Shown here in pieces: positions 9,155-17,683 of a stretch of 64,000 bases of DNA; position 1 is the stretch's first letter; each line of letters opens with the position of its first letter. Origin of the DNA: Pseudomonadota bacterium (GTDB taxonomy: Bacteria > Myxococcota_A > Bradymonadia > Bradymonadales > GCA-2716585); the NCBI GenBank assembly GCA_005804885.1, contig SYOX01000381.1, positions 2,934 through 66,933 of the forward strand, written 5' to 3'. Both the position numbers and the translations under genes were made by a program. Under the pieces are notes generated by a model. It saw nothing but the letters and a program-made list of their open reading frames with translations, was not told the origin of the DNA and ran no database searches.

Positions 9155-9568
9155 TCACCCCTGGCCTCGGGCCACCTCCTCGAACAACTCGCGGACCGGA
9201 TCCTTGAGCAGGTGCATGATGGTGAAGGCGCCCAGGAGCGAGCCGAGGGGCATGAACATGCACGCGACGCCTGCCGCGACGAGGCAGAGGGTGCGGCGGC
9301 GGGCTCGGCGCAGGCAGAGCCCCGCGCAGGCCATCAGGATCGCCTTGGTCCATCCAAGCCCCATGACCAGCAGGCCGACCCCCAGGAAGATCCCGCCGAA
9401 GAGCTCCGGAGGCGGCCCGTCGGCCGCGCTCGGCGGCGGCGAGAAGAGGAAGAAGGCCCCGACGATCACATGGACGATCGGGATGGTCGCAAAGATGGCT
9501 GTCATGCCGGCGTACACGAAGTGAAGGACGGAGAGCGTTCGCAGATGATCAAGCGCCTGGTTCTGCAT
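9155..9568 (-). CDS. Small membrane protein
   Basis: RBS GAGGAGG before MQNQALDHLRTLSVLHFVY; several TM segments; ends ...PLGSLLGAFTIMHLLKDPVRELF. Confidence 0.75.
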   Translation of the reverse strand: MQNQALDHLRTLSVLHFVYAGMTAIFATIPIVHVIVGAFFLFSPPPSAADGPPPELFGGIFLGVGLLVMGLGWTKAILMACAGLCLRRARRRTLCLVAAGVACMFMPLGSLLGAFTIMHLLKDPVRELFEEVARGQG

Positions 9569-9830
9569 TGGACCTCCTCGGGTGCGGGGCGTGCGAGCGC
9601 GCCGGAGACCCTTCTTTGGGGATGGCGGCGAGCGCAAGCAAGCGCAAGACAAGCATAAGATATGCTGGTCCGCTCTTTGCACTCTTCAAGGCAAGGAGCT
9701 TTTTATCCAAGGGTTGAAGCGGCAATGGCTACTCATCTTCAACCTCGACACCATCATGGTGACAACATTCGTTGTCAAAAACATGGCAAAGGGTCGCAAA
9801 AATTGTCACCGGATCCAGGAGCAGGAAGTC

Positions 9831-12800
9831 ATGAGGACACAACAGGTCATCAATCCCCGCGAGACTAGAAACTCACTTGGGGGAGAGTTCGCCGAGTGGA
9901 TGCGGCGATCTCCCGCGTTGGGGTTGGGTTTGGCCACGATCTTGATGGCCGCAGGGCCGGCCCAGGCGGCCCCGCCGGTGGCGCAGACCCAGAACGTGTC
10001 GACGAACGAGAACCAGACGGTCAACATCACGTTGACGGGCTCGGACGCGGATGGGGACTCGCTGCGCTTCGGCATCACCGACCAGCCGGACCGCGGCTCG
10101 CTGTCGTTCAACTTCATCTCGGGGTGCACCAAGCTCCAGGCCTTCAACTACAACCCCAACGCTGACAACGACGACGGCAGCTGCCGCTACACGTCGTGCC
10201 GCCAGATCAAGCTGGCAGATCCCAACGCCACCACGGGCAACTACACCATCGATCCGGACGGCACTGGCTCCTTCGGCGCGCTGACGGTCCACTGCGACAT
10301 GACGACGGACGGCGGTGGCTACACCATGCTCAACGTCGACAGCGGCATCAACACCTTCCGCAGCACGGACCACAACTCGTGCAGGGCGATGGGCCTCAAC
10401 ATGGTGGTGCCGAGGACGAAGGAGCACTGGCGCTCGCTGCTCAACCGCTACGGCACCTCGTACTTCAACACCATCCCCGGCATCTCCAAGCCCTCCAGCG
10501 GCGGCAACTACACCGGCTTCGCCATGCGCTCCGGCTCGGTGCCCGACTGGCGGGCCCTCGACGGCGGCTCGTGGTTCATTCGCGACTCGCCCTACAGCGA
10601 GCCCAACGGCGACTACGAGGCCAACTGCTGGCTGTTGATGTACAACTTCGACGTCAACAACATCCAGTTCAACGACGGCACCTGCTCCTACTCCACGTCG
10701 CGCTACATCTGCTCCACCAACGACAAGGCCGGAGTGGAGAACCTCGGCGGAGTCGCCTCCTGCGCGACGATCAAGCTCAATGACCCCAACGCCGCCAGCG
10801 GCAACTACACCCTCACCACCTCGACCGGCGCCCGGGTCACGGCCTTCTGCGACATGACGACGGACGGCGGCGGCTACACGATGGTGCCTGTGGACAGCGG
10901 CATCCGCACCTCCCGCAGCACGGACAACGACTCGTGCAAGGCGATGGGGCTCAACATGGTGGTGCCGAGGACGAAGGAGCACTGGCGCTCGCTGCTCAAC
11001 CGCTTCGGCACCTCGTACTTCAACACCATCCCCGGCATCTCCAAGCCCGGCGGCGGCGGCAACTACACCGGCTTCGCCATGCGCTCCGGCTCGGTGCCCG
11101 ACTGGCGGGCCCTCGACGGCGGCTCGTGGTTCATGCGCGACTCGCCCTACAGCGAGCCCAACGGCGACTACGACGGCAACTGCTGGCTGTTGATGTACAA
11201 CTTCGACGTCAACAACATCCAGTTCAACGACGGCGGCTGCTCCTACTCCACCACCCGCTACATCTGCTCCACCAACGACAAGGACGGGCCGCTGGTCCGG
11301 GACACGGGGCTGCGCACCTGCCAGGAGATCCTCAGGGCCAACCCCAGCGCCCCCTCCGGCAACTACACCCTCCGCCCGAAGCAGGGCGTCACCGTGTCGG
11401 CCTACTGCGACATGAGCACCGACGGCGGCGGCTACACGGCGGTGGCGATCGACGACGGCATCCGCACCTTCCGCAGCACCGACAACGACTCCTGCAAGGC
11501 CCTCGGTCTGGACATGGTCATCCCCCGCACCAAGGCCCACTTCAACAGCCTGCTGAGCCGCTTCGGCACGTCCTACTTCGGCACCGTCCCGGGCATCTCC
11601 AAGCCCACCAACGGCGGGAACTACACCAACTTCACCATGAACTCCAAGGCGGGTATCATCGACTGGCGCGCCACCGACAACGGCCAATGGTGGCTGCGCG
11701 ACACCCCCTACAGCGAGCCCAACGGCGACTACACCGCCAACTGCTGGCTGTCGATGTACCACTTTGACATCAACGATCTGCGCTACAACGACGGCAACTG
11801 CTCCTACTCCACCACCCGCTACATCTGCTCCTCCAACGACAAGAAGGGCTTTGAGCAGATCAGCGCACAGCGCCGAACCTGCGCGACGATCAAGCAGGGT
11901 GACCCCAACGCCGTCAGCGGCAACTACACCATCACCACCTCGACCGGCGCCCAGGTCACGGCCTTCTGCGACATGACGACGGACGGCGGCGGCTACACGA
12001 TGGTGCCTGTGGACAGCGGCATCAACACCTTCCGCAGCACGGACAACGACTCGTGCAAGGCGATGGGTCTCAACATGGTGGTGCCTCGGACCAAGGAGCA
12101 CTGGCGCTCGATGCTCAACCGCTTCGGCCAGTCCTACTTCAACACCATCCCCGGCATCTCCAAGCCCGGCGGCGGCGGCAACTACACCAGCTTCGCCATG
12201 CGCTCCGGCTCGGTGCCCGACTGGCGGGCCCTCGACGGCGGCTCGTGGTTCATGCGCGACACCCCCTACAGCGAGCCCAACGGCGACTACGACGGCAACT
12301 GCTGGCTGCTGCAGTACGACTGGAACGTGGACAACATCCGCTTCAACGACGGCGGCTGCTCCTACTCCACGTCGCGCTACATCTGCTCCACCAACGACAA
12401 GGACGGGCCCCTGCGTCCCCCGGTCAGCTTCCGCTCCTGCGCCGAGATCAAGCGCGCCACCCCCAACGCCGCCACCGGCAACTACACCATCGTGACCGAG
12501 ACCGGCCGCGCGGTGACGGCCTACTGCGACATGACGACGGACGGCGGCGGCTACACGATGGTGCCGGTGGACAGCGGCATTCGCACCTCCCGCGTCAGCG
12601 ACATGGACTCCTGCCGTGAGATGGGCCTCCAGATGATCGTCCCGCGCACCAGGGCGCACTGGGTGTCGATGCTGGGCCGCTTCGGCCAGTCCTACTTCAA
12701 CACCATCCCCGGCATCTCCAAGCCCTTCGACGGCGGCAACTACACCGGCTTCGCCATGAAGTCCGGCTCGGTGCCCGACTGGCGGGCCATCGACGGCGGC

Positions 12801-15800
12801 TCGTGGTTCATGCGCAACTCGCCCTACAGCGAGCCCAACGGCGACTACAGCCAGAACTGCTGGCTGCTTCAGTACCACTGGGACGTGGACAACATCCAGT
12901 ACAACGACGGCGGCTGCTCCTACTCCACCGCCCGGTACCTCTGCTCCACCAACGACAAGGACGGCGACATCACGCTGCCGAAGTCGTGCATGGCCATCAA
13001 GCTGCTCAACCCCAACGCCGCCAGCGGCAACTACGACATCAACCCCGGCCGCGGCCGCCTCACCGTCCACTGCGACATGACCACCGACGGCGGTGGTTAC
13101 ACCATGCTCAACATCGACAGCGGCATCACCACCTCCCGCATCACCGACCGCGACACCTGCAAGGACCTCGGCATGCAGATGGTGGTGCCGAGGACGAAGG
13201 AGCACTGGCGCTCGCTGCTGAGCCGCTACGGCACCTCCTACTTCAACACCATCCCCGCCATCGCCAAGCCCCACAGCGGCGGCAACTACACCGGCTTCGC
13301 GATGAAGTTCGGCTCGGTGCCTGACTGGCAGGCCATCGACCTCGGCTCGTGGTTCATGCGCGACTCGCCCTTCGGCGAGCCCAACGGTGATTACACCGAG
13401 AACTGCTGGCTGCTTCAGTACAACTGGGATGTGAACAACATCCAGTTCAACGACGCCAACTGCGCCTACTCCACGTCGCGCTACATCTGCTCCACCAACG
13501 ACAAGGATCCGGACCCCAACTTCCAGCGCTTCCAGAACCAGACCCGCCCGCCGGCGAGGACCTCGATCTCCGGCACCTACACGCCGGCCAATGGCTACTT
13601 TGGCACCGACTTCTTCGACTTCCGCGTCACCGATCCCGGCGGTGAGACCTCCACCGCCCGCGTCAACATCACGGTCATCTCCGTCAACGTGGCCCCCGTG
13701 GCCCAGAACCAGTCCGTCTCCGTCGCCGAGGACGGCACCCTCAACATCACCCTCGTCGCCACCGATGGCGACGGCGACAGCCTCACCTACACCCTCCTGA
13801 CCAACCCCGGCCAGGGCACCCTGACGGGCACGGCGCCCAACCTCACCTACCGCCCGGCGGCCAACTTCAACGGCTCGGATTCGCTTACGTTCCGGGTCAA
13901 CGACGGCACGGTCAACTCCAACACCGCCACCGTCTCCATCACCGTCACCCCCGTCAACGACACCCCCGTCGCCAACGCCCAGAGCGTGACCACGAACGAG
14001 GACACCCCCGTCACCATCACGCTGACCGGCTCGGACATCGACGGCAACACGCTGACCTACTCGCTCGTGTCCAACCCCACCCGTGGCGCGATCTCCTGCA
14101 CGGGCGCGGTCTGCACCTACACGCCGACGGCCAACCTCAACGGCGCGGATTCGTTCATCTTCCGGGTCAACGACGGCACCGTCTTCTCCGCCAACGCCAC
14201 CGTCTCCGTCACCGTCAACGCCGTCAACGACACCCCCGTCGCCAACAACGGCACGGCGGTCGTCAACGAGGACAGCTCCGTCGGCATCGTCCTGACCGGC
14301 TCGGACGTCGACGGCAACACGCTGACCTACACGGTCGTGACCAACCCGACGCGCGGCACCCTGAGCGGCACCGTGCCCAACCTGACCTACACGCCGACGG
14401 CCAACCTCAACGGCGCGGATTCGTTCACCTTCCGGGTCAACGACGGCACGGTCAACTCCGCCAACGCCACCGTCTCCATCACCATCAACCCGGTCAACGA
14501 CGTCCCCGTCGCCAACGTCCAGAGCGTGACCACGAACGAGGACACCTCCCGCAGCATCACGCTGACCGGCTCGGACATCGACGGCAACACGCTGACCTAC
14601 TCGCTCGTGTCCAACCCGTCTCAAGGCGCCCTGTCCTGCACGGGCCCCGCCTGCACCTACACCCCGAATCTCAACTACAACGGCGCGGATTCGTTCATCT
14701 TCCGGGTCCACGACGGCACCGTCTTCTCCGCCAACGCCACCGTCTCCATCACCGTCACCTCCGTCAATGACGCCCCCGTGGCCAACGCCGCCAACGTCTC
14801 GACCAACGAGGACACCTCCGTGGCGATCGTCCTGACCGCCACCGACGCCGACGGCAACGCCCTGACCTTCACCGTGACCACGCAACCTCTGCGCGGCACC
14901 CTGACGGGCACGGCGCCCAACCTCGTCTACCGACCCAACACCAACTTCAACGGCGCCGACTCGCTCAGCTTCAAGGTCAACGACGGCACCATCGACTCGG
15001 CCATCGTGAACGTCTCGATCACCGTCAACCCCGTCAACGACGCCCCGGTCGCCGACACCCGTGCCCTCCAGACCAACGAGGATACGCCGCTGACCCTGAC
15101 CCTGACCGGCTCGGACGTCGACACTGGCACCACGCTGACCTTCGCCACCCTGACCACCCCCAGCAACGGCACCCTGACCTGCACGGGCGCCGCCTGCACC
15201 TACCGCCCCGCGGCCAACTTCAACGGCGACGACTCCTTCCTCTTCAGGGTCAACGACGGCGCGCTGAACTCGGCGCCCGCCGCCATCACCATCACCGTCA
15301 ACGCCGTCAACGACCAGCCCGTCGCGGCCACCCAGAACGTCACGACCAACGAGGACACGGCTCGCAACATCGTCCTGACCGGCACGGACGTCGACGGCAA
15401 CCCTCTGACCTTCGAGGTCATGAGCAACCCGACGCGCGGCGCCCTCTCGGGCACGGCGCCCAACCTGACCTACACGCCGACGGCCAACGCCAACGGCGCG
15501 GATTCGTTCGCCTTCCGGGTCAACGACGGCACGGTCAACTCCACCATCGCCGTGGTCAACATCACCATCACGCCCGTCAACGACGCCCCGGTCGCCCAGC
15601 CTCGCAACCTGTCCACCGACGAGAACATCGCCGTCAGCCTCACGCTGACCGCCACGGACGTCGACGGCGACGCGCTGACCTTCTCGGTCACCCGCGATCC
15701 CGCCAACGGGCGGCTCTCGGGCGTCGCGCCCAACCTGACCTACACGCCCAACAACGGCTTCCTGGGCGTCGACACCTTCAACTTCCGCGCCTTTGACGGG

Positions 15801-17528
15801 GGGCTCGACAACGAGGCGACGGTCACCGTCACCGTCCGCAACCCCGGTCTGGAGCCGCCGGCCCTCACCATCGACACCGCGAGCCTCTGGTTCGGCGCCG
15901 GGCAGACCCTGCAGGCCCGCATGACCGATGGCCGCTGCCAGACCCCCCCCACCGTCGCCGTCACCCCCACGAGCATTACGCTGGCCGTGACCAACCTCCA
16001 GAACGGCGGCTGGCAGCTCACCTCGCCCGTCCTGCCCCAGGGCACCTACAACGCCTCGATCACCGTCACCAGCCGGTGCAGTGACAGGACCACGGTCGCC
16101 ACGCGGGTCTTCGGCGTCGACACCACGCGCCCGGACATCGTCTACGGCGAGCTCCCCCAGAACGGCGTCAACCCCAACGACATCACCACCTGGCCCATCA
16201 AGTCCCTGCTTGAGGAGCTTCCCATCAACAGCCTGCTGCGCGACCCCCTCAGCGGCGTCGCCTCGGCCTCGACCACGCTCTTCGCCCTGGATCGCAACAA
16301 CCAGTCCTTTGCGCTCCACAGCGGCAACTTCACCACGCGCACCGGCGCGCCCCCGACGGGCCTGACGGTCACGACCGCCTCGCTCTGCTCCAACGTCCAG
16401 CACTGCAACAACGGCCGCCTGCGCCTTGAGCCCCTCGAAGGCGACCGCTTCATGCTCAGGATCCAGCTCACCGACGTGGCCGGCAACGTCCGCGTGTCCG
16501 ACTTCCTCTTCCGCGTTGCGCGCTTGCGGCCCAGCATCGTGGCCTGGAGGGAGGCGCTCGTCGCCCTGACGAGCAACAACACCCAGGCCAACAACGCGCG
16601 CCTGGCCGCCATCGCCAAGCTCGACATCGCGCTGGAGGGCTTCGACAACAACTACATCGGCAACATGGTCCTCACCCTGGAGGACGCCGAGGCGCTCAGC
16701 CGCGTCGCGCGCGCCTTCGACACCCGAGTCGACACCCGCCCGCAGGCCCTGCTGGTGGCCAACCTCACCCACCGCTTCTTCGTCGAGGAGCTGAAGATCG
16801 TCGAGAACGAGTTTGGCCTGCTCGGACCCGTGCAGACCGCAGACACCCACCTCGACCTGGCGCGCGGCCACATCGACATCGAGGCCAGCGGCGACGCGCT
16901 GCTCTCGTGCGCCAACGCCTACTTCTACATGGAGATGCCGCGCATGCCGGAGATCGTCGAGAACTTCGGGACCACGCGCTCGCTCATCAACCAGATCATC
17001 GGCGAGATGGACACCTACATCACCCACAACCCCGTCCTGGCCGGCCGCACCCAGGTCGCCGTGGCCCGCACCGAGTTGAGCATCGTGCGCGACTTCATCG
17101 TCCGGGTTGTCACCAACGGCGACACCTCCCTGAGCGACCTTGAGCACCTGCGCCTCCTGCTCGGGCTGGCCAATGTCGCCCAGCAGATCAAGGTCGTCGA
17201 GGAGGCCGGCGTCTGGGTGCGCAACTGGCAGTGGGGCCTGACGCAGATCGTCCACCTCTACGCCGACCGCGGTCTGCGCAACACGCGCTCCCGCCTTGGC
17301 CTCTTCAGCCCCATGCTGACCGAGGGTGAGAATCAGCTGGCCCGCGCCGTGGTGCACCGCGGTCGCCAGGAGGCGGACGACTACATGACGCTGCTGATCA
17401 ACTCGCGTTGCGTCATGATCGGGCTCTACAATCTGGTCTTCGAGCCCAACGAGGCCATTCCCACGGCCTGCTGCGCTGACATGCTCCGCTACAGAGGCAT
17501 CGACAGCCGCGTTCCCATCTGCCAGTAG
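9831..17528 (+). CDS. Giant secreted adhesin: 6 fibrinogen-like/C-type-lectin modules + 9 bacterial Ig-like (tandem-95/cadherin-like) repeats + novel C-terminal module
   Basis: ATG at 9831 follows AGGAG (the ORF track starts at 9582). Signal peptide ...LATILMAAGPAQA|A. Six C.xIK...G.Y...CDM[TS]TDGGGYT...EPNGDY...C...[FY]ND..C...CS units, then N.xPVA...T.ED...L.G.D.DG..L...P..G.L.G..PNL.Y.P..N.NG.DSF.F.VNDG repeats. Confidence 0.9.
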   Translation: MRTQQVINPRETRNSLGGEFAEWMRRSPALGLGLATILMAAGPAQAAPPVAQTQNVSTNENQTVNITLTGSDADGDSLRFGITDQPDRGSLSFNFISGCTKLQAFNYNPNADNDDGSCRYTSCRQIKLADPNATTGNYTIDPDGTGSFGALTVHCDMTTDGGGYTMLNVDSGINTFRSTDHNSCRAMGLNMVVPRTKEHWRSLLNRYGTSYFNTIPGISKPSSGGNYTGFAMRSGSVPDWRALDGGSWFIRDSPYSEPNGDYEANCWLLMYNFDVNNIQFNDGTCSYSTSRYICSTNDKAGVENLGGVASCATIKLNDPNAASGNYTLTTSTGARVTAFCDMTTDGGGYTMVPVDSGIRTSRSTDNDSCKAMGLNMVVPRTKEHWRSLLNRFGTSYFNTIPGISKPGGGGNYTGFAMRSGSVPDWRALDGGSWFMRDSPYSEPNGDYDGNCWLLMYNFDVNNIQFNDGGCSYSTTRYICSTNDKDGPLVRDTGLRTCQEILRANPSAPSGNYTLRPKQGVTVSAYCDMSTDGGGYTAVAIDDGIRTFRSTDNDSCKALGLDMVIPRTKAHFNSLLSRFGTSYFGTVPGISKPTNGGNYTNFTMNSKAGIIDWRATDNGQWWLRDTPYSEPNGDYTANCWLSMYHFDINDLRYNDGNCSYSTTRYICSSNDKKGFEQISAQRRTCATIKQGDPNAVSGNYTITTSTGAQVTAFCDMTTDGGGYTMVPVDSGINTFRSTDNDSCKAMGLNMVVPRTKEHWRSMLNRFGQSYFNTIPGISKPGGGGNYTSFAMRSGSVPDWRALDGGSWFMRDTPYSEPNGDYDGNCWLLQYDWNVDNIRFNDGGCSYSTSRYICSTNDKDGPLRPPVSFRSCAEIKRATPNAATGNYTIVTETGRAVTAYCDMTTDGGGYTMVPVDSGIRTSRVSDMDSCREMGLQMIVPRTRAHWVSMLGRFGQSYFNTIPGISKPFDGGNYTGFAMKSGSVPDWRAIDGGSWFMRNSPYSEPNGDYSQNCWLLQYHWDVDNIQYNDGGCSYSTARYLCSTNDKDGDITLPKSCMAIKLLNPNAASGNYDINPGRGRLTVHCDMTTDGGGYTMLNIDSGITTSRITDRDTCKDLGMQMVVPRTKEHWRSLLSRYGTSYFNTIPAIAKPHSGGNYTGFAMKFGSVPDWQAIDLGSWFMRDSPFGEPNGDYTENCWLLQYNWDVNNIQFNDANCAYSTSRYICSTNDKDPDPNFQRFQNQTRPPARTSISGTYTPANGYFGTDFFDFRVTDPGGETSTARVNITVISVNVAPVAQNQSVSVAEDGTLNITLVATDGDGDSLTYTLLTNPGQGTLTGTAPNLTYRPAANFNGSDSLTFRVNDGTVNSNTATVSITVTPVNDTPVANAQSVTTNEDTPVTITLTGSDIDGNTLTYSLVSNPTRGAISCTGAVCTYTPTANLNGADSFIFRVNDGTVFSANATVSVTVNAVNDTPVANNGTAVVNEDSSVGIVLTGSDVDGNTLTYTVVTNPTRGTLSGTVPNLTYTPTANLNGADSFTFRVNDGTVNSANATVSITINPVNDVPVANVQSVTTNEDTSRSITLTGSDIDGNTLTYSLVSNPSQGALSCTGPACTYTPNLNYNGADSFIFRVHDGTVFSANATVSITVTSVNDAPVANAANVSTNEDTSVAIVLTATDADGNALTFTVTTQPLRGTLTGTAPNLVYRPNTNFNGADSLSFKVNDGTIDSAIVNVSITVNPVNDAPVADTRALQTNEDTPLTLTLTGSDVDTGTTLTFATLTTPSNGTLTCTGAACTYRPAANFNGDDSFLFRVNDGALNSAPAAITITVNAVNDQPVAATQNVTTNEDTARNIVLTGTDVDGNPLTFEVMSNPTRGALSGTAPNLTYTPTANANGADSFAFRVNDGTVNSTIAVVNITITPVNDAPVAQPRNLSTDENIAVSLTLTATDVDGDALTFSVTRDPANGRLSGVAPNLTYTPNNGFLGVDTFNFRAFDGGLDNEATVTVTVRNPGLEPPALTIDTASLWFGAGQTLQARMTDGRCQTPPTVAVTPTSITLAVTNLQNGGWQLTSPVLPQGTYNASITVTSRCSDRTTVATRVFGVDTTRPDIVYGELPQNGVNPNDITTWPIKSLLEELPINSLLRDPLSGVASASTTLFALDRNNQSFALHSGNFTTRTGAPPTGLTVTTASLCSNVQHCNNGRLRLEPLEGDRFMLRIQLTDVAGNVRVSDFLFRVARLRPSIVAWREALVALTSNNTQANNARLAAIAKLDIALEGFDNNYIGNMVLTLEDAEALSRVARAFDTRVDTRPQALLVANLTHRFFVEELKIVENEFGLLGPVQTADTHLDLARGHIDIEASGDALLSCANAYFYMEMPRMPEIVENFGTTRSLINQIIGEMDTYITHNPVLAGRTQVAVARTELSIVRDFIVRVVTNGDTSLSDLEHLRLLLGLANVAQQIKVVEEAGVWVRNWQWGLTQIVHLYADRGLRNTRSRLGLFSPMLTEGENQLARAVVHRGRQEADDYMTLLINSRCVMIGLYNLVFEPNEAIPTACCADMLRYRGIDSRVPICQ

Positions 17529-17626
17529 CTCCGGAGCGAGAGCCCTTGCGCGGACTCAGCAAACCGGCCATCATGTCTCCAACAGGCAACATACAGCCGC
17601 AGGCGACGTCATCTCCTTATCAAGAG

Positions 17627-17656
17627 TTGACGCCGCCTGCGCGCCGTACCTACTTT
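17627..17656 (+). promoter_or_regulatory. Possible sigma70 promoter for the second adhesin
   Basis: TTGACG-N18-TACTTT upstream of RBS AGGAG and ATG at 17684. Confidence 0.4.
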
Positions 17657-17683
17657 CCACCCTCCTATTCATCAGGAGCTCAT

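Noticed and set aside
9582-9830. N-terminal extensions in the ORF track (9582, 17546, 26743, 38087, 53145, 53639, 60029 and others)
   Set aside because: Better starts with RBS, stop-start coupling or signal peptides lie downstream; the extensions run through promoters or other genes.
10190-13505. Diversity-generating retroelement suggested by near-identical C-type-lectin repeats
   Set aside because: No reverse transcriptase in the window, all copies are in-frame parts of one ORF, and differences are not restricted to adenines.
9873-17357. 2494-aa antisense ORF (also 2935-5733, 19775-22864, 40248-43502, 49219-51879)
   Set aside because: These mirror real genes on the opposite strand. Strong codon bias in high-GC DNA removes antisense stops, and the translations are V/G/D-rich with no motifs.
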